Shown one piece after another: positions 1 through 9,133 of a DNA stretch of 64,000 nt. The stretch is from an uncultured Nitrososphaeraceae archaeon (GTDB taxonomy: Archaea; Thermoproteota; Nitrososphaeria; Nitrososphaerales; Nitrososphaeraceae). A program made the translations under genes and the position numbers. The stretch is from the NCBI GenBank assembly GCA_963729045.1, contig CAVSMN010000007.1:32001-96000 (forward strand), given 5' to 3'. The notes beneath the pieces were generated by a model, which saw only the letters and a list, made by a program, of their open reading frames with translations, ran no database searches and had not been told where the DNA came from. Numbering within the stretch: the stretch's first letter is position 1; each line of letters opens with the position of its first letter.

Positions 1-18
1 TTAAGACTGTGAACAATC

Positions 19-1134
19 TCATTTAATTTTCTTACTATAGAGTAGTTGATTTGGTTCTACTTCTTGTGTTTTTCTATCTTTACTAATTGCTACAGACCCT
101 ATACTACCTCTTTTCTCTCTACTTTGGATGTATTCTCTATAGTCCTCATCAATCTCCATGGCTGCTTGAAGTATTTTGCTTCTTATTGTGTTAGATGAAT
201 TGATAAACATCCTTGTATCTTTGGGAAGACAGTGACCTCCTATTCCATCCCTAGGTTCTAGAACTTCTACATTCCATTTTGTATTGAGTGATTCACGTAA
301 TTCAGAAAAACTGATACTGTTAGACTTGCAATAGAGGTAAAGCTCTTCTGCAAATGCTATTTGAAGATATCTATGAGCATTTTCTACTATTTTTGTTAGT
401 TCTGCTACTTCAACTGACGATACTGGATGCATTGGAATTGATAGAGTTTTTATCCCAGTGGTTTTTGCCCTTGCTACTGTTGTTGAGGGAATAGTTACAT
501 GACTATTATTTGTCGGTTGATTCAAATGGTTATTTGAATTGATGCTAACTTTTGTATTATTGTTGTCAATTAGGGGTGTTTCTGATAATTCAGCCTTTGT
601 TGTTTCTGTTGTCTGGGGTACTACCTCCCGTCCATCATAAAAGTTAAGACCGTGTTGCAAGCAGCAGTTGCTCACACCTCCTACAATACGTAATTGATTA
701 ACACCGTGAACTTCTTCTTCTAATGCATACCATCTATGTGGTGCATGTACAACGTGTAGTCTATGGTCTACTTTTTCAAATACTTTTTTAGATGTACCTT
801 TTGGTATAGTGCTTTCAATTGATATTAGTGCGCCTGTTTTAGCTTCTCTAGATATCTTTTCAACAACAGACATCAAACCATCTACTTGTGGTGTAAACAT
901 ATCATCTGGTCTATGTGTAGATACACAGATAATTAGTACGTCAAAATCACCAAAGTTGGATGCTTGCTTTATTCCATAGTTGGCTTCAGCTGATTGCATG
1001 GTTTTTTGATTTATATCATATCCATAAGTATCAAAACCATGTTCTTTAACATATTTTGCAACTGGAAGACCAAGTTGGCCAAGTCCTATGATAACTACTT
1101 TGTTGTAGTTGTTTTTATAATTATAATTATACAT
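19..1134 (-). CDS. NDP-sugar dehydrogenase family protein (UDP-Glc/GDP-Man/UDP-ManNAc DH-like), C-terminal domain absent
   Basis: Rossmann GLGQLG, IESTIPKGT, ELTKIVENAHRYLQIAFAEEL and catalytic GIGGHCLPKD. ATG at 1134 (ORF track opens at TTG 1155). Confidence 0.85.
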   Translation of the reverse strand: MYNYNYKNNYNKVVIIGLGQLGLPVAKYVKEHGFDTYGYDINQKTMQSAEANYGIKQASNFGDFDVLIICVSTHRPDDMFTPQVDGLMSVVEKISREAKTGALISIESTIPKGTSKKVFEKVDHRLHVVHAPHRWYALEEEVHGVNQLRIVGGVSNCCLQHGLNFYDGREVVPQTTETTKAELSETPLIDNNNTKVSINSNNHLNQPTNNSHVTIPSTTVARAKTTGIKTLSIPMHPVSSVEVAELTKIVENAHRYLQIAFAEELYLYCKSNSISFSELRESLNTKWNVEVLEPRDGIGGHCLPKDTRMFINSSNTIRSKILQAAMEIDEDYREYIQSREKRGSIGSVAISKDRKTQEVEPNQLLYSKKIK

Positions 1135-1257
1135 TCTTTTGATTTCTTCTTTCAACTACCGTAAAAGAATACATAATGATTTCTTATGATTCTATCATTC
1201 TTTAAATCTATTACTTTTTACTATAATAATTTCCACTATGTTTTAAATCCAATGATG

Positions 1258-1934
1258 TTAAAATTTATCCAAGTTAATTGATAGTCTTGAATCGATTAAA
1301 TGTTTGGGATGAATAAATTCACATTCGATCGTATTTTGGGTTCTTCTTTTGATACTTGCTTTTACGTGAACATACCTGATGATATCGTGATAAAAAAGTT
1401 CATAATTTATTCTTTCTAAACTAGTCTCCTCAAATTTCTCAATTAGGGTACTTGTAAAAAATATGTTTATCTTTTTGGTTATGGCAATTAAAGCTATTTC
1501 TCTAATGAATCTTCTAACCTCTTGTCTGATGTTCTTATTCTGATTGTAAAGAAACAAGGGGATCACATCATCAAAAATTACACAATCTATCTCTAATACC
1601 TTGATTCTTTTCAAAACAAGGATTAGTTTATCTGAATCATAGATTCTTTGATAAGTTATCTTCTTCAAAAAATTTTTTAGTTCCCCATCGTTGGCATTTG
1701 CTATCTTTAGAAGATATTCGTTAATTACTTCGGGCCGAAAATTTCCTGATCCATCTAGGTATAATGTTTTTTTACTTCGTATGCTATTTAATGAACATAT
1801 CAAATATACCAGGTGGCTTCTGCCAGCACCTTTTTTACCAACCAACTCGATAAGTGTGCCATTTTGGGTCAATCTGAGCAAAAGACCATCTAATTTTTTT
1901 ACTCCTGAATCTATGAGTTTAGATATTCTTTCAT
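1258..1934 (-). CDS. RadA/RadB-like RecA-family paralog
   Basis: In-frame IDSGVKKLDGLL upstream of the ORF-track start (1881), then ELVGKKGAGRS, LYLDGSGNFRPE and VIFDD. ATG 1934 is out of frame by one base, so the start is uncertain. Confidence 0.7.
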
Positions 1935-2008
1935 GAATAAAAATATTGATTTGTTAGGCATCGATTCGTAAAGGAAGCTTTTTATTGTAGCCTAGGGTCT
2001 TTTCACAA

Positions 2009-2275
2009 TTGAATAACAATATGGCAGCATCACCTTCACAACAACCTACGAAGAGACCATTAAATGTTTTACAGCGTTCTTTGAACAGAAAAGTTGCTGT
2101 AAGGTTAAAAAGCGAAATCGAATATAGAGGCAAAATGTCGAATGTAGATTCTTATATGAATCTGATTTTAGTTGACGCAGAAGAATTTGATGGATCTGAT
2201 CTGTTAGCAAATTACGGTAAAGTCGTTATAAGAGGTAATAACGTGCTTTTCATTAAATTAGAGAAAGAATTCTAA
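2009..2275 (+). CDS. Sm-like archaeal protein (Lsm/SmAP)
   Basis: Sm1 motif GKMSNVDSYMNLILVDAEE and Sm2 motif VVIRGNNV. Confidence 0.93.
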   Translation: MNNNMAASPSQQPTKRPLNVLQRSLNRKVAVRLKSEIEYRGKMSNVDSYMNLILVDAEEFDGSDLLANYGKVVIRGNNVLFIKLEKEF

Positions 2276-2305
2276 TAATTAGTACAATTTCCGAATTCTT
2301 GATTA

Positions 2306-3476
2306 ATGATAATAATGCAACCACGAAAATATATATTTACATCTGAAAGTGTAACAGAAGGACATCCTGACAAGATATGTGATAGAATTTCTGACTCCAT
2401 TCTTGATTCATTTCTAACTAATGATCCAAATGCTAGAGTAGCAGTCGAAACCATGACGACTACAGGGGTAGTCATAGTAGCAGGGGAGGTAACTTCTACC
2501 CATAGGATGGATGTCCAAGATATTGTAAGAAATGAAATAAACGATATTGGTTATAATAAACCTGAATACGGATTTGATGGAAATACGTGTTCGGTCTTAG
2601 TTTCACTTCATGAACAAAGCCCAGATATTTCCATTGGAGTTACATCAAATGGATTAAAAGAGCAGGGAGCAGGTGACCAAGGACTCATGTTTGGGTTTGC
2701 GATTAACGAAACCCCAGAGTATATGCCTTTGCCCATTACACTCGCTCATAATTTATCATTGCGTTTATCCGAAGTAAGGAAGAAAAAAGAATTGGATTGG
2801 GTTAGACCAGACGGCAAATCACAAGTTTCAATTCTATATGAGGACAACAAGCCAAAGTCTATTGATACTATTGTGTTGTCAACCCAACATTCTCCTGAAA
2901 TCTCTCAAGAACAAATTAATGAGGAAATTACTAAATTTGTGATAAATCCCGTTTGCTCAAATTGGATTACTTCCGAAACAAAGGTGTTTGTCAATCCCAC
3001 TGGTAGATTTGTTATTGGGGGACCACCTGGCGATACTGGATTGACAGGAAGAAAAATCATTGCTGATACCTACGGAGGGATGGGAAGGCATGGGGGAGGA
3101 GCTTTCTCAGGCAAAGATCCAACTAAAGTGGATAGATCTGCATGCTACATGGCCAGATACATTTCTAAAAATATCGTGGCAGCAGAATTGGCTACTAAAT
3201 GTGAAGTTCAAATTGCATATGCTATAGGTGTAGCAAAACCCGTGTCAATTATGGTTGATACTTTTAAGACATCAAAAGTAGACGAAGAAAAAATAGAGGC
3301 TAAGGTTAAAGAATTATTTGATACTAGTCCAGCTGGCATCATTAGAACTCTCGATCTGAAATAGACCAATTTATAAAAAAACATCTGCATATGGACATTT
3401 TGGGCGAAGAGATGTTGACTTTAGTTGGGAAAAAACAGATAAAGCGGAAGCTTTGAAAAGCATTCGTGTCAATTAA
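2306..3476 (+). CDS. metK: S-adenosylmethionine synthetase, bacterial/eukaryotic type (frameshift ~3361)
   Basis: [19 protein letters not shown] and GGGAFSGKD. After one extra base the frame continues [15 protein letters not shown]...FSWEK to TAA 3476. Confidence 0.95.
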
Positions 3477-3533
3477 ATAATCATAAAGTTTCTTTTGATA
3501 TGTTTGCATGGTAATTATAGTCGATGAAGGGTC

Positions 3534-4717
3534 TTGAGCGAGTCAGATGAGAAAATTTCTAATGATTTGTCTATCGCGGAAAGCGAACAGGATCTCCCTC
3601 AAGAAGTTAAAGAGAAAAAATTAAGAGGCCAACTTAAAACCGGTTATACCACTGGGACCTCAGCTGCTGCTGCTTCCAAATCTGCTCTTATCACTCTCTT
3701 AACGGGAAAGAGCGTCGAAGATGTGCAGATTACATTACCAAAGGGTAAAATAGTTACACTCAAAGTTGCATGGACAAAAATTAATGAAAAGTCGATTACC
3801 TCTGCAGTGATTAAGGACGGTGGAGATGATCCTGATGTAACTCATGGTGCTGAAATTTGCTCTACTGTAGAATCGACAAGTAATAAAGGTGAAGTGAAAA
3901 TCATTGGAGGGACTGGGGTGGGTAAAGTCACTAAACCTGGCCTTGGACTGTTATTAGGACATGCTGCAATAAATCCGATACCCATGAAAATGATAACCGA
4001 AGCTATACAAGAAGTATTAAATCTTTATCCCGAGGTAATTAAAAAGCAAGGATTGAAAGTAACAATCTCAGTTCCAAGTGGGGAAGAAATAGCAAAAAAA
4101 ACTGACAATCCCAGACTAGGTATACTTGGAGGGATTTCAATTCTAGGGACTACTGGCATAGTACTCCCTTATTCAACGGCTTCTTTTGCTGCCGCAATAA
4201 GACAGAGTTTGGATGTTGGAATAGCACTAAGCGCAGATACTTTTATTCTTACAACAGGAGGCAGAAGTGAAGATTTTTGTAAAAGCTTGTTCGGTGATAC
4301 ATACGTATGATCATTGTTATGTTCAGATGGGTGATTTTGCAGGCTATAGTGTAAAGCAATGCCACGACAAGAGAGTTAAGAAAGTGTTTATTGCTGGATT
4401 CATTGGAAAATTAACAAAAATAGCAATGGGAGTCAAACAAACGCATGTAAGAGGATCTCATGTCAATATGGAATTTATGGCTAAACTAGCAGAAGACAGT
4501 CGGTGCCTCTGAAAACGTTCTGAAACTAATCCTAGACGCTAATACTGCACGGCATGTCTCAGAAATAATTGACTCTCACCATATTAAGGGGTTTTATGAT
4601 CTCATATGTAGTAACGCCGCTAGCCAGCTAAAAAATTACTCAAAAAACGAGTTATCCATAGATGTTATTATGTTCGACTTTAACGGATACGTCATTGGTA
4701 GATTCCCAAGAAATTGA
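3534..4717 (+). CDS. cbiD: cobalt-precorrin-5B C1-methyltransferase (frameshifts ~4305, ~4500)
   Basis: GYTTGTSAAAA, KDGGDDPDVTHG, NPRLGILGGISILGTTG, then QMGDFAG, then ANTARH in a third frame ending TGA 4717. Confidence 0.93.
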
Positions 4718-4757
4718 CGGCACTAGTTCTATGAACTAGCATATTTTAGTATATATT

Positions 4758-4808
4758 TGAATTCAGCAGGATTAGAGCGGTGATAAATTACTGATTCATC
4801 ATATTTCA
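4758..4808 (-). ncRNA. candidate short C/D-box sRNA
   Basis: Minus strand: TGAAAT-ATGATGA (C box)-29 nt-CTGA (D box)-ATTCA, with terminal complementarity. No clear C'/D' boxes. Confidence 0.35.
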
Positions 4809-4963
4809 TATTTTCACAACACTAAATTTCTATCATAAATCTTCATATTCCTTTTGGTCCAATAAGAGGTTATAGACCTGTATTATCAAATCTTAAGATG
4901 CAAACCTATAATAAAATAGTCATTCTAATAAAATGGTAAAGTATAGGAGGATTATTTTAGGAA

Positions 4964-6046
4964 TTGAATGAGAATATAAACAAAAAGGATATCGCTATTG
5001 TCGCTATAACTAAGAAAGGCATTGAAATCGCTAAGAGAATTCGAAATATGTTGAGCGAATCGGAAATCCATGTACCGGAAAAATTTAGAGACTCGGATCC
5101 ATCTATCATTTTCTTCTCAGAATCGGTAACGAATAGAATAGAATCACTTTTTCGTGGATATACTTCGCTAATTTGTATATTTTCATTAGGAGCAGTTATT
5201 CGGCTGATTTCGCCTCATTTAAAAGACAAAAAGAATGATCCGGCTGTAATTGTAATAGATGATACTGCAAAATTTGTCATAAGCACACTGTCTGGACATT
5301 TAGGTGGTGCTAACGAATTAACACTTAAAGTAGCTGAGATCCTAAATTCAATTCCAGTAATTACTACTGCAGCTGATGTAAACAAAACCATTGCCATCGA
5401 TCTATTGGGAAAAAAATTTAATTGGGTTATTGATAATTTTGAAAATGTAACAAAGGTCAGTGCCATGATGGTGAACGAAGAAAGAATCGGAGTGTATCAA
5501 GATACTGGAGAAAAGAATTGGTGGAATATGGATCAACTACCAAAGAATGTCGAAACGGTCACAATGATTACTGACTTGTTATCTAAAGAATATAAGGGCT
5601 CTATAATTATTACGGATAAGCTAGTGTCAAATAAATCACTGACTACTAAATCCGTAATATATAGACCAAAATCACTTTATGTGGGGATCGGATTGCATTG
5701 GAATACCTCCAAGGAAACAATCGAGAAGGGCATAATAAAAGTTCTTGAAGAAAATGAGTTGAGTACAAAAAGTATAATGGCAATTACGTCCCTCGATAAA
5801 GGCAAACGTGTAGTTGGCTTGGATGATTTTTGCACTGAAAATGGTCTTCCTCTCCTTCTCTTTTCAAAAACTGAATTAAATGAGATACATGTCCCAAATC
5901 CATCTGATTTGGTTGGAAGATATGAAGGAACATCAAGCGTTTCTGAGGCCTCTTCATTGGCAGCCTCAAAGGGTATTTTAATAGTACCTAAACAAAAATT
6001 TCCACCAGATTTGACTGTCGCTATAAGTAGGGTGAAATATCAATGA
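4964..6046 (+). CDS. cbiG: cobalt-precorrin-5A hydrolase
   Basis: GAVIRLISP..KDKKNDPAVIVID, LSGHLGGANEL, PVITTAAD, SVSEASSL. Confidence 0.93.
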   Translation: MNENINKKDIAIVAITKKGIEIAKRIRNMLSESEIHVPEKFRDSDPSIIFFSESVTNRIESLFRGYTSLICIFSLGAVIRLISPHLKDKKNDPAVIVIDDTAKFVISTLSGHLGGANELTLKVAEILNSIPVITTAADVNKTIAIDLLGKKFNWVIDNFENVTKVSAMMVNEERIGVYQDTGEKNWWNMDQLPKNVETVTMITDLLSKEYKGSIIITDKLVSNKSLTTKSVIYRPKSLYVGIGLHWNTSKETIEKGIIKVLEENELSTKSIMAITSLDKGKRVVGLDDFCTENGLPLLLFSKTELNEIHVPNPSDLVGRYEGTSSVSEASSLAASKGILIVPKQKFPPDLTVAISRVKYQ

Positions 6047-6804
6047 AAAAAGCATTGTTAATAATAGATCGAGGAAGCAAAATGAAGGAAGTTCAGGAGG
6101 AATTGCGAAATACTTGTGGCTTTATTAAACATAAAACCGACTATTCTTACGTTGATTACTGCTTCCTCGAAGTTATTCCACCTTACATTGATGAAGGAAT
6201 TAGAAAATGTATTGATAGAGGCGTCGATTCCATAACTATTGTTCCCTACTTCCTATATCCTGGAATGAAACTTAAAGATGCTGTTACCCGAACTGCCTCA
6301 ATTATTCATCAAGAAAAAAAGAAAATGGTAATATCAAAACCATTGTCATATCAACCCATAATATCTGAAATAGTACTAAAGCGGGTAAACTCACTGATAG
6401 TCGAAAAGGGACTCGATAAGGAAAAAACGAACTTGTGTTTATTGTTAATAGGCCATGGTAGTAGCGATAAACGTGCTAGAGAAGCTTTTCTGTATACTGT
6501 TAATAGCTTGAAAAAAATATATATGGAGGTTAAATTTTGTTTCTTGGAATTAGAACCACCAAATATTGAAGAAGGTATAAAGGAATGTTTAACTTCTAAC
6601 CCAAATACGATAGTGGTAGTTCCATACTTTTTACATAAAGGGATCCATATTCAAAAGGACATCTTGGTTGATTTAGCTAATGCACAAGAAAAATATAGTT
6701 TTAACAGTTTGTTTATAACTGGACATATAGGAGTGGATCCTGCAGTAATAGATCTGGTAATCACATTAGCTAAGGAGGCCGAAATTAAAAGTGGAGTTTT
6801 CTGA
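6043..6804 (+). CDS. cbiX: sirohydrochlorin cobaltochelatase, two-domain CbiX
   Basis: Two CbiX repeats (FLE..PP.I.EG, VPYFL..G); GHGS in domain 2. Lies in the cbi operon. Confidence 0.9.
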   Translation: MKKALLIIDRGSKMKEVQEELRNTCGFIKHKTDYSYVDYCFLEVIPPYIDEGIRKCIDRGVDSITIVPYFLYPGMKLKDAVTRTASIIHQEKKKMVISKPLSYQPIISEIVLKRVNSLIVEKGLDKEKTNLCLLLIGHGSSDKRAREAFLYTVNSLKKIYMEVKFCFLELEPPNIEEGIKECLTSNPNTIVVVPYFLHKGIHIQKDILVDLANAQEKYSFNSLFITGHIGVDPAVIDLVITLAKEAEIKSGVF

Positions 6805-6811
6805 TACTAAA

Positions 6812-7504
6812 ATGGGTGATTATAGTATAGGCAATCCTCAATCTCGAGACATGTCAACGAGGGCTTTTGGAATTGAGAAACAAAGTTTTGATATAATAGA
6901 ATCCGAGATCGGGAACCATGGTTATATTGACAATGAATGGGCGGTGGTAAGACGAGTTATCCACGCTACAGCTGACTTTGATTTTGCAAAGAAAGATAGA
7001 ATTATTTTCCATGAAAAAGCAATAGAATCTGCTTTCTTAGCTTTTTCCAAGAAATCTTTTGTCGTCACCGACGTGGAGATGGTATTGCATGGAATAAATA
7101 AGAAATCATTATTGGATCTAAATTTAACTGGCATTTGTCTCATAAATGATCCTCAATTAAAAGAAATATCAAAGAAATCAAACAAAACAAGATCTGAGCT
7201 TGCAATGCAGAAGGCCGCTGACAGGATAAATGGTGGTATTGTAGTAATTGGAAATGCGCCAACCGCTCTTTATGAATTAATTTCAATGATAGAGGAAAAA
7301 AAAACTTTACCATTGCTCATAATTGGAATCCCAGTTGGATTCGTGTCAGCTGTTGAATCTAAAATTGATTTATCAAAAATGGATGTTCCTTATATTACAA
7401 ATATAGGAAGGAAGGGTGGGAGTTCTGCGGCCTCATCTATTATTAATTCGCTCATGTTGTTGTATTCGACAAAAAGATCTAAAGCTCAAACTAAGACAGA
7501 TTGA
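6812..7504 (+). CDS. cbiC: cobalt-precorrin-8 methylmutase
   Basis: RVIHATADFDF, IGNAPTAL, GIPVGFVSAVESK, GRKGGS. Confidence 0.94.
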   Translation: MGDYSIGNPQSRDMSTRAFGIEKQSFDIIESEIGNHGYIDNEWAVVRRVIHATADFDFAKKDRIIFHEKAIESAFLAFSKKSFVVTDVEMVLHGINKKSLLDLNLTGICLINDPQLKEISKKSNKTRSELAMQKAADRINGGIVVIGNAPTALYELISMIEEKKTLPLLIIGIPVGFVSAVESKIDLSKMDVPYITNIGRKGGSSAASSIINSLMLLYSTKRSKAQTKTD

Positions 7505-7584
7505 TTATGTTAGTTTTAGTTTAAACCCATAAACCTCTAAATCGAAAATTGTTTTACTTGTCAATGTCATTAAGTATATTTATT

Positions 7585-9009
7585 TTATTTTCTTGAATAC
7601 CTAACACAGCATTCTAAAAATCTATCTGAGAAAGTTGAATTGATAAAATGTGTATGCATATATGATGCTATGCAGTTATGAGTATGGAAACCGTCTCTCC
7701 CATCCATTATGCCTTTCCCCTTTTTTAGATCATAAATCAATTCTAAATCCGTGTTGTTAATAACTATATTTGAATAATGAAATTCATGACCTCTCACCTT
7801 GTGCATCTTTCCAAGATAAGTTTGATTATTATTTAACAAGGCCTCTGTGTATCCTAGGGTAACCTTATTAGTCATAATGGTATCTGCATCAAATAAACCC
7901 ACCATTTTGTGCTTCTTTTTTTTGTTCTTATAGCCTGAAATTGTCTTTGTCAAGTACATTAATCCTCCACATTCGGCATAAATCGGTATGTTCCTCTGTG
8001 CTAAATCCAAGATTGACCTGCGCATAGTAGAATTGTTTTCTAGTTTATCTGCAATTACTTCTGGAAATCCCCCTCCTAATATTATGCCTGTTGTATCTTG
8101 TGAGACACAAGAGTCATCAAGAGGACTGAAAAACTCTATTTTTGCCCTTTTGTGTAACATGTCTAGGTTATCCTGGTAGTAAAAATTAAATGACTTGTCT
8201 AATGCAACTAAAATCTTTACTTTTGGACCAAGCAATTTTTTAGATTCTTGATATCTGGATTTTCTTTTTACCAAGTCCAATGAAAACTTTTCAATTTTTG
8301 ATTTATCTAGATAATTTATTTTCTTACCTATCTGGATAATCTTTTCAAAATCCAGATGTTCAGCAACAATCTTGGAATTGTCTATGATACTATCCTGTAA
8401 TCTGGCGTTTAGCTCCATACGTGGTATCAGGCCTAGATGTCTTTCATGATAAATTAGGCTCTTATTATTAAATATCTTTCCTACAATCGGTATCTTAATT
8501 TTTGAATCAAATGCTTCGACGATATATCTCAGATGTCGTTCACTTGCAATATTATTTAATATCACTCCTGAAATCCTTATCTTGCTATCAAATTTAATAA
8601 ACCCCAAGGTGATTGCAGCCAATGATCTGGCTGCTTTTTTAGCATCCACAATTAAGAGAATTGGAAGGCCTAGGATTCTTGATACATGTGCAGTGCTTGC
8701 AAAATTGTTCCTTCCAGACATCCCGTCATACAGCCCCATCACGCCTTCCAAAACTGTAAAATCAGAATCAATAGAATTTTCTAAATATGATTCTTGTAAT
8801 CCCTTTATTCCCATCAACCATACATCAAGATTTCTTGATTTGCGTTTTGAAATCATGTTATGATAAGATGGATCGATATAATCGGGTCCTATTTTGAATG
8901 GTTGAACCTTATATCCCCTTTTTAAAAGCCCCTCGATTATAGCAGTTGATATAGTTGTCTTTCCCACCCCGCTAGTAATTCCTGCTATAACAATTCCAGG
9001 GGTTTTCAT
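7585..9009 (-). CDS. cbiA: cobyrinate a,c-diamide synthase
   Basis: SGVGKTT, FKIGPDYIDP, EGVMGLYDG, YAECGGLMYL, GHEFHYS. Confidence 0.95.
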   Translation of the reverse strand: MKTPGIVIAGITSGVGKTTISTAIIEGLLKRGYKVQPFKIGPDYIDPSYHNMISKRKSRNLDVWLMGIKGLQESYLENSIDSDFTVLEGVMGLYDGMSGRNNFASTAHVSRILGLPILLIVDAKKAARSLAAITLGFIKFDSKIRISGVILNNIASERHLRYIVEAFDSKIKIPIVGKIFNNKSLIYHERHLGLIPRMELNARLQDSIIDNSKIVAEHLDFEKIIQIGKKINYLDKSKIEKFSLDLVKRKSRYQESKKLLGPKVKILVALDKSFNFYYQDNLDMLHKRAKIEFFSPLDDSCVSQDTTGIILGGGFPEVIADKLENNSTMRRSILDLAQRNIPIYAECGGLMYLTKTISGYKNKKKKHKMVGLFDADTIMTNKVTLGYTEALLNNNQTYLGKMHKVRGHEFHYSNIVINNTDLELIYDLKKGKGIMDGRDGFHTHNCIASYMHTHFINSTFSDRFLECCVRYSRK

Positions 9010-9133
9010 AATAGGACTTTGTCATAGATCACTTAAAAATATTATTTCAACCATATTTTTTGGGCCATCGAACTTGTATCAAAAAATACTTCTCCTGGGC
9101 GATGGGTGACCTTACGATAGTCATTAATTATGG

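Noticed and set aside
9010..9133. Cobalamin or fluoride riboswitch upstream of cbiA
   Set aside because: No B12-box, the region is too short, and GGCGATGG lacks the rest of the crcB consensus.
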